29,552 bases of DNA, taken from IMG/VR virus record IMGVR_UViG_3300008452_005759; one strand, given 5' to 3'. The position numbers and the translations under genes were made by a program. The first letter of the stretch is position 1. Each line of letters begins with the position of its first letter. A model generated the notes under the pieces. It was not told where the DNA came from. It searched no databases and worked only from the letters and a program-made list of their open reading frames with translations. Of the stretch, positions 22,361 through 29,552 are shown one piece after another. Source of the DNA: a virus.

Positions 22361-22798
22361 ATGTCTGTCAATGTAGTAGAAAAACTGGCTTCTTTACAGC
22401 CAACTCTTTTTGAGGAAGAATCTTATTCTTTTTTGATATTTTACCAAAGTCTTAAACCTTGGTATTTTTATGATAGTGAATCTCTTGGTTTAGAATTTGT
22501 AAATACACAAATTAATAAGTTTTCTCTACTTGACGGACGTATACCATTTTTGAAAAATGTATCTTCTGACATGCCTGAAGATTATTGGTCATCTGTTCCT
22601 CTTGGCGTCTTTAGATATAAAATGTTATCTGATATGTCATTTGGTCTACTTAATGACTACAAGAACATTCCCGGATATATAGTCGAGGGAATGTACTGGG
22701 ATAATGGGTTTTTTTATTTGGTTAGAGACCAAGATAAAACAATTCAGTCTAAAATGTTTATCGACATTGAGACAAAACAAAGAGCCAATTATCCTTAA
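22361..22798 (+). CDS. Hypothetical protein
   Basis: 145 aa, no recognisable motif. Confidence 0.55.
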   Translation: MSVNVVEKLASLQPTLFEEESYSFLIFYQSLKPWYFYDSESLGLEFVNTQINKFSLLDGRIPFLKNVSSDMPEDYWSSVPLGVFRYKMLSDMSFGLLNDYKNIPGYIVEGMYWDNGFFYLVRDQDKTIQSKMFIDIETKQRANYP

Positions 22799-22804
22799 TT
22801 ATAA

Positions 22805-22878
22805 GCCCTCGTAGCTCAGCTGGATAGAGCATCGGACTTCTAATCCGCAGGTCGTATGTTCGAATCATACCGAGGGCG
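22805..22878 (+). tRNA. tRNA-Arg (anticodon UCU)
   Basis: Acceptor GCCCTCG/CGAGGGC, anticodon loop CTTCTAA, T arm GTATG-TTCGAAT-CATAC. Confidence 0.9.
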
Positions 22879-22880
22879 CT

Positions 22881-23096
22881 ATGAAATATAAAATTATTGC
22901 TAAGCTAGATGAACAAAAATACAAATCTTGCAAAGAGATGGACCCAAATCTTTGGCCAAAGCTTAAAGATAAAGTATACACTTTAGGTGTATGGCCTACA
23001 AGAGATTGGGCCGAATGGTCAGCTAAGAGCCATAGAGAATATAGATTTTCTAATTTAGACATATCTACAGTAGAAATCGTTGAAATACATGAGTGA
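22881..23096 (+). CDS. Hypothetical protein
   Basis: The ATG lies 2 nt after the tRNA-Arg discriminator. 71 aa. Confidence 0.6.
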   Translation: MKYKIIAKLDEQKYKSCKEMDPNLWPKLKDKVYTLGVWPTRDWAEWSAKSHREYRFSNLDISTVEIVEIHE

Positions 23097-23283
23097 TCAG
23101 GAGCACAAGATGGAAAAATATACTGCTGTTATAACTATAACTATTGATGAGTTTGAAGCTCACGATGCAGATCACGAACGTGATATCGTACAGATTTTTA
23201 TCAAGAGAATACTAGATGCTAGAATCTGTGAATCTTCTGATATTCAAGTACAAGTCGATACCTTTATCAAGGAAGATGCTTAG
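23089..23283 (+). CDS. Hypothetical acidic protein
   Basis: ATGAGTGA overlap with the upstream stop. The track start at 23080 is TTG. Confidence 0.5.
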   Translation: MSDQEHKMEKYTAVITITIDEFEAHDADHERDIVQIFIKRILDARICESSDIQVQVDTFIKEDA

Positions 23284-23285
23284 TT

Positions 23286-23441
23286 ATGACAAATGAACCA
23301 GAGCAAAATGAAGAACTTTCAGAAGAAAAAACTTTTGCTGAACAAGTAGAAGAGTCTCTTTCTTTTATAGTTAATATGATGAATGAAGGCAAGGCTGATC
23401 CCAAAGAAGTTTATCCCTCAAATAGATACCACGGCGACTAA
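23286..23441 (+). CDS. Possible 51-aa acidic protein
   Basis: MTNEPEQNEELSEEKTFAEQVEESLSFIVNMMNEGKADPKEVYPSNRYHGD. This is an alternative to extending the next gene back to 23383. Confidence 0.35.
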   Translation: MTNEPEQNEELSEEKTFAEQVEESLSFIVNMMNEGKADPKEVYPSNRYHGD

Positions 23442-23442
23442 C

Positions 23443-23649
23443 ATGTTGGACATAGTTGCAGATCTTCTTAATGCTTTTCAAGATGATCAACATACGTATG
23501 ACGCAACACTTTATGCTCGCGCAGCTTTGGAAATTCAAACTCTTCGCTCTTTAGCAGAAGATATGTATGTCACCTTAATAAATGAAATTGGTCAGACTGC
23601 AGCTTCTGCAAACTACGAACAGTACGTACGAATGCAAAGTATTCCATAG
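23443..23649 (+). CDS. Hypothetical protein
   Basis: The ATG lies 1 nt after the stop of the preceding small ORF. The track start at 23383 would overlap that ORF. Confidence 0.45.
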   Translation: MLDIVADLLNAFQDDQHTYDATLYARAALEIQTLRSLAEDMYVTLINEIGQTAASANYEQYVRMQSIP

Positions 23650-23660
23650 TTTTAATTTTT

Positions 23661-23747
23661 GGAACGGTGGCTGAGTGGCCGAAAGCAACGGTTTGCTAAA
23701 CCGTCGAACCAGCAATGGTTCCGGAGGTTCGAATCCTCCTCGTTCCG
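23661..23747 (+). tRNA. tRNA-Ser (anticodon GCU), class II
   Basis: Acceptor GGAACGG/TCGTTCC, anticodon stem ACGGT/ACCGT with loop TTGCTAA, long variable arm GAACCagcaatGGTTC, T arm GGAGG-TTCGAAT-CCTCC. Confidence 0.9.
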
Positions 23748-23768
23748 CTCTAATATTAGAAAGTTAAC

Positions 23769-24020
23769 ATGAAGACTTACAGAAATGAAATTTACAATCA
23801 TACCTTTACCAACAGTTCTTTTATAGAAAAGGCTTCTTGGTTTAATGAAGGTAATATACTAATGCTTACTTTCGGTACCGGTTCCGTTTGGCACTACTAT
23901 GATGTTCCATTTGAAATTTATTCCGGTTTTATTAAAGCTCCATCTCATGGAAAATATTTTAATGAGAATATCAGAAACATTTACTCTGGAGAACGGGTAT
24001 ACTACACTTCTCAAGCTTAA
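23769..24020 (+). CDS. KTSC-domain protein
   Basis: SSFIEKASWFNEGNILMLTFGTGSVWHYYDVPFEIYSGFIKAPSHGKYFNENIRNIY fits the KTSC pattern (S..i....Y.....L.v.F..G..Y.Y.dVP..vy..f..A.S.GkyFn..Ir). Confidence 0.7.
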   Translation: MKTYRNEIYNHTFTNSSFIEKASWFNEGNILMLTFGTGSVWHYYDVPFEIYSGFIKAPSHGKYFNENIRNIYSGERVYYTSQA

Positions 24021-24029
24021 GGTTTTTTA

Positions 24030-24179
24030 ATGTCTAAAAGAAAAAAGAATAAAAATAAATATAAAAACAAGACTTATTCAAAGCCAGTTGCTTATTCTTA
24101 TTCTAGTTCTAAAGATATTAAACCTTTAGCTTTTCAAGTTTTTGGCTCTTTATATTATACTTCTCAAAAACAATCTTGA
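24030..24179 (+). CDS. Possible 49-aa very basic protein
   Basis: MSKRKKNKNKYKNKTYSKPVAYSYSSSKDIKPLAFQVFGSLYYTSQKQS. Its stop overlaps the -35 of the next promoter. Confidence 0.3.
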   Translation: MSKRKKNKNKYKNKTYSKPVAYSYSSSKDIKPLAFQVFGSLYYTSQKQS

Positions 24180-24204
24180 TAAATCCTATATTTTAGTGTA
24201 TACT
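24176..24204 (+). promoter_or_regulatory. Sigma-70-like promoter upstream of the proteasome-like peptidase gene
   Basis: TTGATA (24176-24181), a 17-nt spacer, then TATACT (24199-24204). AGAGGA lies upstream of the ATG at 24234. Confidence 0.55.
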
Positions 24205-24233
24205 AAATCAAAACACTAAACAGAGGATTTTAA

Positions 24234-24848
24234 ATGACTACAATACTCGCTATTCAAGGTCAAGGTTTTGCTACCGTCTCTGTTGATTCTCGCATATCTA
24301 CAATGGATGAGGGAGGATTTGCCTCTCAGATCACAACCCTAGGGGAAGGTTCTTCTAAGGTTGCTAGAGTCGGCAAGTATCTTTTAGGCGCTGCCGGCGA
24401 TATGAGAGCAATCAACATCTTGCACCATGTTTTTCAGCCCCCAACTTTGACTCCTGGTTTAACAGGAAAAAAGCTAGATCAATTTATTACAATGAAATTT
24501 GTTCCAGCTTTGCGCGACTGTTTTGAGAAACAGGGTTATGCTTCACCAGAAAATGACTCTGCGACGCACATTGCACAGCATGGGTCTACCATTCTTACAG
24601 TAGTAAATGGCTCCATATATGTTATCGATGGAGATTATTCTTGGACATCTGATTACCACGGTGTTTACGCTTTAGGAACTGGTTCTTCTTATGTTTTAGG
24701 TGCTGCAAACGCTTTGCTTGCCAATAAGAAGAACCTCACTCCTGCACAAATTAAAACCATTTCTCTCAAGGCTATGAGAATAGCTTCTAGCTTTGATCCA
24801 TATACTGGTCCACCTTTTTATACCCACACTCAAGAGGAAGAAAAATAA
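24234..24848 (+). CDS. HslV / 20S-proteasome beta-subunit-like N-terminal-nucleophile (Thr) peptidase
   Basis: M-TTILAIQGQGFATVSVDSRIS aligns with the HslV N-terminus (TTIV..., catalytic Thr after Met removal). SSKVARVG supplies the candidate Lys33 equivalent. GAAGDMRAINIL, YALGTGSSYVLGAANALL and AMRIASSFDPYTG follow HslV/beta-subunit motif order. Confidence 0.75.
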   Translation: MTTILAIQGQGFATVSVDSRISTMDEGGFASQITTLGEGSSKVARVGKYLLGAAGDMRAINILHHVFQPPTLTPGLTGKKLDQFITMKFVPALRDCFEKQGYASPENDSATHIAQHGSTILTVVNGSIYVIDGDYSWTSDYHGVYALGTGSSYVLGAANALLANKKNLTPAQIKTISLKAMRIASSFDPYTGPPFYTHTQEEEK

Positions 24849-25273
24849 TGATTTCTGCTCCCTGGCCAATGCCTCAAAGTTCACTTAAAAGTTCTTCTCA
24901 ACCTCGGTTTATAGCTCAAAGTTTTTCTCTTGACGGATGTTATGATCCAAAAGGAAAAATTCCTTTTCCTAAAAATTCTTTTGATTCAACTCCTTATTTA
25001 GATCTTTATAATAAGCTTGACACTTTACCAATTGTGAAAGCTGGTTTTCCTACTGTTAAAGGAACTATTCAAGTTTCTCAAAGTCAACTTCCTCCTGAAG
25101 TTTTTGAAAAACATGCTTTTCCCGCCACAATTCAAACAACCGCTAAATATTTTGGTTTACCTTCTGAACATTTAGCTTCTGTTACTGTAGAAGCTTCTGA
25201 AGATTTTCTTAATACTTTTTTGTATACGGTCACAATAGAAAGATATTTGTCTGATTACGGCGAACCATTCTGA
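24848..25273 (+). CDS. Hypothetical protein translationally coupled to the proteasome-like gene
   Basis: TAATG overlap. 141 aa, no recognisable motif. Confidence 0.55.
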   Translation: MISAPWPMPQSSLKSSSQPRFIAQSFSLDGCYDPKGKIPFPKNSFDSTPYLDLYNKLDTLPIVKAGFPTVKGTIQVSQSQLPPEVFEKHAFPATIQTTAKYFGLPSEHLASVTVEASEDFLNTFLYTVTIERYLSDYGEPF

Positions 25274-25285
25274 TATAATATTTTC

Positions 25286-25543
25286 ATGGATTTTCTTTTA
25301 CAAGCAAAAATAGACAATATAATTTCTGAAATAGAAAATCAGCTAGAAAAAGATTTTGTTGACGATTCTATTGCAAGAACTTTAATGGCTGTTTCTATTA
25401 ATAGAATAAATCTCTTAATGACTCACATTGGTTTTTTAGAATCCAAACTAGAGTCTACAATTGAGTCTAATCGCATGATGGCTATTCATGCAGAAAACTT
25501 AATTGCAGAAAATCAAAGATTGTCACAAATAGCAAGGTATTAA
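25286..25543 (+). CDS. Hypothetical coiled-coil protein
   Basis: 85 aa, helical-looking. Confidence 0.55.
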   Translation: MDFLLQAKIDNIISEIENQLEKDFVDDSIARTLMAVSINRINLLMTHIGFLESKLESTIESNRMMAIHAENLIAENQRLSQIARY

Positions 25544-25544
25544 T

Positions 25545-25733
25545 ATGGCTCAACCAGATGATTTGATTAGGAAAAATCTTTCCTATCAATGGGGGCCAGA
25601 AGTTGTAGTACAATGTTGTAGATATTGGAAACTGCACATAACTGACGGAAATTGGGGCAACTGTGGAATCTGCAAACAAAGACCTAAACTTACACAACTA
25701 ACATGGGATGAATTAGATGAAATCAATAATTAA
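25545..25733 (+). CDS. Small Cys-containing hypothetical protein
   Basis: 62 aa, with QCCRYW...GNCGICK. Confidence 0.5.
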   Translation: MAQPDDLIRKNLSYQWGPEVVVQCCRYWKLHITDGNWGNCGICKQRPKLTQLTWDELDEINN

Positions 25734-26106
25734 CGCCATCAATAATTTAAGTATGGCAATTAACAACTTAGCTTCTTCTATCAAGAGCAAAAACGTTGTT
25801 ACCAGTGTAGCTTCTAAGTCTACAACTAGCAACCCTTATGCTGGTAACTCAAGTATAACAAAGTATTACTCTTATTCTAATTCTAAGGGTAAAAATTTAT
25901 TATCTGCTATTTCTGATGCAGAGCATAAAGCTCTTATGAGTATATATAATGCTATTACAGATAAAGGATCTCATCCTGATCATCATGAGCATATAATGAG
26001 AGAGCTTAAAACTAAGTGGCCAACTCTTTACAAAGCTTTAGATGAATTGATCTTGGCTCGCAGCAATCCTAAATATAGCTCTATTTGGAAAGAGAAAGAA
26101 CTCTAG
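25717..26106 (+). CDS. Hypothetical protein
   Basis: 129 aa; overlaps the upstream gene by 17 nt. Confidence 0.5.
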   Translation: MKSIINAINNLSMAINNLASSIKSKNVVTSVASKSTTSNPYAGNSSITKYYSYSNSKGKNLLSAISDAEHKALMSIYNAITDKGSHPDHHEHIMRELKTKWPTLYKALDELILARSNPKYSSIWKEKEL

Positions 26107-26111
26107 AACTA

Positions 26112-26468
26112 ATGGTTGACCATGAGGCCATGCGCAATGCTTATTTAAGGGCAGTTGGCTCTGACGAGCAGATTCCAGCTCAATTTAAAAAACCCTATAG
26201 GGGTAAAATTGGGAAAAAATTTTTAAGGCCTTTTTCCTTTTTACCTTTTTCTTTGATTCTGAAAAAACTTTTTAAAAAAGATAGACTCACTGTAGTACTA
26301 AGGTCTTCTGAGACCTCAAAAAAAATTGAGGTTATTAAGTTTACTCCAGAAGAAACTGATACTATAATGAATGCAGCATCAACTATGCACATGACAGTAG
26401 AAGAACTTTTTCATCATGTTTTTAAGGAGATAATCAAAGATGCAGAAAGAAAAACTAACTTGCGATAA
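26112..26468 (+). CDS. Hypothetical protein
   Basis: First ATG after the upstream stop. The central part is encoded by A/T-tract-rich DNA, so the coding status of that segment is less certain. Confidence 0.45.
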   Translation: MVDHEAMRNAYLRAVGSDEQIPAQFKKPYRGKIGKKFLRPFSFLPFSLILKKLFKKDRLTVVLRSSETSKKIEVIKFTPEETDTIMNAASTMHMTVEELFHHVFKEIIKDAERKTNLR

Positions 26469-26760
26469 CTGCCATAAAGACTGGCAGAGAATTCCTTCTA
26501 GAGGAAGAAAGCCAAAGCTATGTCCTTCTTGCATTACTGGTCCAGCTCAAGTCAAGGATTCTCCTAAGCCTGTATTGCAGAAGGTAGTGCAAAAGGTGAC
26601 ACAAGATGACTCTATGCCTTTTCCTGGCCCCACCAAATGGGCCTGCTCTTCTTGTGGGGCCTCTGTAAAAATAGAAATAGACATGAAGTACGCACCAACC
26701 CACCAGTGCAAAAAGCGCCTTAAAAGAACTTACGCTCTTGAATTAATACGGGAAGCGTAA
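26440..26760 (+). CDS. Double zinc-ribbon protein with basic RGRKPK segment
   Basis: AAGGAG lies upstream. CDNCHKDW...RGRKPKLCPSC and WACSSCGASV...HQC. Confidence 0.55.
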   Translation: MQKEKLTCDNCHKDWQRIPSRGRKPKLCPSCITGPAQVKDSPKPVLQKVVQKVTQDDSMPFPGPTKWACSSCGASVKIEIDMKYAPTHQCKKRLKRTYALELIREA

Positions 26761-26873
26761 TTAAAAAATATTCATACAAAAAAGAACTTGTTATTTCTTT
26801 CACATAATTTTGTGAAATGATTCTCAAATATATCTGTTATTATAATGGTTGGAAAAAATTTTAAGGAGACCAT

Positions 26874-27011
26874 ATGCATTACGGTATTGATGAAATCATG
26901 ATCAAATATATGAGAAACACAGATTCTTTTAAAAAGAAAAAAGCACGCAACAAAGAAAGCCACTTTGTTGCTATCGCTCGCAAAGAGCGTAAGACTAAAC
27001 AAAAGATCTAA
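26874..27011 (+). CDS. Possible 45-aa basic protein
   Basis: AAGGAG lies 5 nt upstream of the ATG. Translation MHYGIDEIMIKYMRNTDSFKKKKARNKESHFVAIARKERKTKQKI. Preferred over the antisense track ORF 26772-27002. Confidence 0.4.
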   Translation: MHYGIDEIMIKYMRNTDSFKKKKARNKESHFVAIARKERKTKQKI

Positions 27012-27033
27012 TTTTTTAAACTAGAACCTCAGA

Positions 27034-27873
27034 TTACAGAATACCACGAGCAACTTTTATTGCTGTTTCTGTTGAGGAAACAACATTTTTTAAAGTTTTT
27101 CTAGACATAACTCCTGTTCTTAATTCTTTTAATGTTTGATTTATTGTTTCTTTTTCAAAACCACTAAATTCTCTTGCTACAGTTTCTCTGTCTCCTATTA
27201 AGGTAACAAAACCTTTAAGTCTTGCTTCCAAATTTTCAATAAGGCCATCGAAGTCTCCGCGTAGTCCACCAATAGTTTGCTCTTGAGCCATAGTTTCATC
27301 CGCACTAATGCCCGGAATAAAAAGTTGTGGCTTTAATCCTTGAAATGGTTTATCGGGAGATATTAAAGCATTACCGACTTCTATTGGACTATGTGGGTTG
27401 GTTCTTTGACCGAAAAGAAACCTTTCAGCATCAAGGGTTACTTGACTGTTTTTGCCAATTTTTAATATTTCTTTAGCGTCATTTGTATAGATTTCAGATC
27501 CTGAAAGAATATTAGGATCTGGACTAAGTCCTTGTAGTATTTCTTTGTTTACTGGTACCCTATATAAATCCATTATGTCTCTACCTTCGCCCTTAAGACC
27601 TCCCACAGAAAAGTCTTCGCTGTATGTTGAAGTAAACAAGTCTTGGCTGTAGATTGAAGAAAATGGATTAGTATAAAAATGCAATATCTTATCTTCAACA
27701 AATGAAGCGCCCGCTTTTTTAGCAGATTCTCTTGTAAATCCTTTCTCTAAAAGAGTTTCCCTCATGCTTTTAGGAGCAAAGTGATACAAATAGCCACTTG
27801 CCTCAAGAAAACCTTTTCTAGCATTAATTTTATTGAGCTCCTGTAAATTTTCCAAGGAACTCTCTGATATCAT
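27034..27873 (-). CDS. Hypothetical protein (minus strand)
   Basis: 279 aa with AGGAG upstream of the ATG on the minus strand. No recognisable motif. Confidence 0.6.
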   Translation of the reverse strand: MISESSLENLQELNKINARKGFLEASGYLYHFAPKSMRETLLEKGFTRESAKKAGASFVEDKILHFYTNPFSSIYSQDLFTSTYSEDFSVGGLKGEGRDIMDLYRVPVNKEILQGLSPDPNILSGSEIYTNDAKEILKIGKNSQVTLDAERFLFGQRTNPHSPIEVGNALISPDKPFQGLKPQLFIPGISADETMAQEQTIGGLRGDFDGLIENLEARLKGFVTLIGDRETVAREFSGFEKETINQTLKELRTGVMSRKTLKNVVSSTETAIKVARGIL

Positions 27874-27901
27874 GTCGTGAATTCTCCTAAATCTAATGCC
27901 C

Positions 27902-28105
27902 CTAACATCTAATTCTGTTGATCCGACCGCGAGAAATTAAATTTCCAATTGTAAGAAGTCTTTTTTCTTTTGCCCTAAGATAAAGAGCAGATGGTGGATC
28001 TGCATATTTTCTGGGTGAAATTTCAGACAAAAATTCTTCTGTAATACCAGTTTGAAAAAATCTGTTGGTACCAAAAAATTGATCATAATCAGATCCAGGT
28101 TTCAA
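27902..28105 (-). CDS. Possible small hypothetical protein (minus strand, TTG start)
   Basis: The frame is open upstream to 28162 but has no ATG or GTG. Start uncertain. Confidence 0.35.
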   Translation of the reverse strand: MKPGSDYDQFFGTNRFFQTGITEEFLSEISPRKYADPPSALYLRAKEKRLLTIGNLISRGRINRIRC

Positions 28106-28238
28106 CGCTTCTTTTAACTTTTCTTGAATATTTAAAAATTCATTAACTGGAGCACCGTTGCATTACAAAAACCTTTTATTAATTAACACTACTAATATAG
28201 TAACAGGTATAGACTAGACCTCAAATCACACATTTTTC

Positions 28239-28247
28239 TGATATACT
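28239..28247 (+). promoter_or_regulatory. Extended -10 element (TGaTATACT) positioned for a leaderless transcript of the 28255 gene
   Basis: TG at 28239-28240 and TATACT at 28242-28247. The A of the ATG is 8 nt downstream of the -10 end. No SD and no good -35. Confidence 0.35.
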
Positions 28248-28254
28248 AGTTGTT

Positions 28255-28530
28255 ATGAATTACACAGATACATACAGAAGAATCTACGAAACAATTTCAA
28301 ATTTGGATATACCACACGAAAAAGCACACAGGGCTGCTTTAAAAATAACTGATTCTCTCAGTGAGATATATCTATACTCAAATAGACAATTTCCAGAGAA
28401 GCTGCCTGATATACTAGAAATAGCTGAAGTCTTCTGTGCCGAAGCTAAACTCGGTGGCTATGACATAGATGATAAAGGCTATCCAGTAGGTTATGGTATT
28501 AAGGCAGACGGATTAAAAAGCAGCAAGTAG
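28255..28530 (+). CDS. Hypothetical protein
   Basis: 91 aa, no recognisable motif. Confidence 0.5.
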   Translation: MNYTDTYRRIYETISNLDIPHEKAHRAALKITDSLSEIYLYSNRQFPEKLPDILEIAEVFCAEAKLGGYDIDDKGYPVGYGIKADGLKSSK

Positions 28531-28608
28531 TACGTGCGCCAATTCTTAATTAAGTTAACGATAAATAAGATCATATCTATAAAGCCCATGGTGAGATAGT
28601 ACAGTTCT

Positions 28609-28682
<74 letters not shown>

Positions 28683-28703
28683 ATTTAAACAAGAAAGAAT
28701 AAA

Positions 28704-29552
28704 ATGAAAAAGAGAGTATTTTTAACAGGTGCTGGTGGATTTGTGGGTCACCACACATTAGAGCACATCCTAAAGACAACGGATTGGGACGTAGTAATTA
28801 GTGATTCGTTCCGTCATCGTGGAGTGACAGACAGAGTTACATCTATAGCCTGCTGGAAAGCCGAAAGACATCGTGTTCAGCTCATTACTCATGACCTAAC
28901 TGTTCCTTTTTCTGACGTCATGATTAAAGACATGGGCCACATTGACTACATTATTTCTATGGCATCAGACTCACATGTGGATAGATCAATTACAGATCCC
29001 GCACCATTTATCATGAACAATGTGGCTTTGGTTGTAAATATGCTCGAGCTTGCTCGCAAGATTCAACCTGAAGTATTCCTTCATGTATCAACAGACGAGG
29101 TATATGGAGCAGCACCGAAAGGCTACGCACACAAAGAATGGGATACAATCCTTCCATCCAATCCATACTCTGGCTCTAAAGCTGCACAGGAAGCTGCATG
29201 CATATCATATTGGAGAACATTCGGAGTTCCAGTAATTATTACCAACACAATGAATATTATTGGTGAGCGTCAAGATCCAGAGAAGTTTGTTCCAAAGATT
29301 ATGTATTGCTTGGAAAAGAATATTCCAATGACAATTCACGGAACACCAGAAAACATTGGATCTAGATTCTATCTTCACGCAAGAAACCAAGCTGACGCAT
29401 TAGTTTTTATTTTAAAGAATCTTTCACCAGTGGCATACCCAAATGCTGACAGACCTGATAAATATCATATTGTTGGAGAAAGAGAAGTGAATAACTTAGA
29501 GATGGCTAAGCTTGTTGCCTTTTATTGGGGCAAGGAACTTAAGTTTGAGTTT
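28704..29552 (+). CDS. NAD-dependent sugar-nucleotide epimerase/dehydratase (extended SDR, dTDP-glucose 4,6-dehydratase-like); 3' end outside the window
   Basis: The frame is open to the window end and is absent from the ORF track because it has no stop. Motifs: VFLTGAGGFVGHH (GxxGxxG), HVSTDEVYG, catalytic PYSGSKAAQE (YxxxK), ITNTMNIIGERQ. Confidence 0.85.
   Translation, partial: MKKRVFLTGAGGFVGHHTLEHILKTTDWDVVISDSFRHRGVTDRVTSIACWKAERHRVQLITHDLTVPFSDVMIKDMGHIDYIISMASDSHVDRSITDPAPFIMNNVALVVNMLELARKIQPEVFLHVSTDEVYGAAPKGYAHKEWDTILPSNPYSGSKAAQEAACISYWRTFGVPVIITNTMNIIGERQDPEKFVPKIMYCLEKNIPMTIHGTPENIGSRFYLHARNQADALVFILKNLSPVAYPNADRPDKYHIVGEREVNNLEMAKLVAFYWGKELKFEF

Noticed and set aside
26797-26818. 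Short hairpin TTTCACA-taattt-TGTGAAA after the 26440-26760 gene as a terminator
   Set aside because: It is an AT-only 7-bp stem without a following T-run, which is too weak to call.
26772-27002. 76-aa minus-strand ORF
   Set aside because: The + strand ORF at 26874-27011 has a consensus AAGGAG SD at ideal spacing, while the minus ORF has none. Only one of the two is likely real.
29050-29390. ORFs 29050-29235 (+) and 29205-29390 (-)
   Set aside because: Both lie inside the open-ended epimerase/dehydratase frame, which carries GxxGxxG, STDEVYG and YxxxK motifs.

Overview
This window is AT-rich (roughly one third G+C by eye) and very densely packed. It is almost entirely + strand and looks like part of a large tailed-phage genome. 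Many genes are coupled through ATGA or TAATG overlaps and many ORFs are small. Eight tRNA genes are scattered through it: Leu-UAA, Asn-GUU, Lys-UUU, Met/Ile2-CAU, Ile-UAU, Arg-UCU, Ser-GCU and Gly-UCC. Recognisable genes include an SSB, a UDG-superfamily protein, a MerR-type HTH protein and a KTSC-domain protein. A WhiB-like regulator is the only host clue and points to an actinobacterial host.

The main result is a phage-borne ubiquitin-like module at 8860-15141. It consists of an E2/UBC-like protein with a long Cys-rich tail, a JAMM/JAB metalloprotease that is also Cys-rich, and a ThiF/E1-type adenylating enzyme. These are followed by an 83-aa beta-grasp-like protein ending in Gly, whose gene is GC-enriched, has a strong SD and is followed by a strong terminator. 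A classical AAA+ unfoldase comes directly after that terminator. Two tandem paralogs with E2-like core motifs lie at 17728-20197. An HslV/proteasome-beta-like N-terminal-Thr peptidase with its own promoter lies at 24234-24848. Together these suggest a virus-encoded tagging, deconjugation and unfolding/proteolysis pathway.

Other notable points:
- Four tRNAs abut the next ATG with only a 2-nt gap.
- Two promoter-like sites would give leaderless mRNAs.
- A ~290-nt intergenic region next to tRNA-Ile has nested helices and is probably a structured RNA.
- An intramembrane M50-like protease gene overlaps whiB.
- The 3' end has a strand-switched, compositionally different segment with a CCA-encoding tRNA-Gly and a sugar-nucleotide dehydratase/epimerase gene that runs off the window.

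All functional calls rest on motifs I could read in the translations. No database search was possible.
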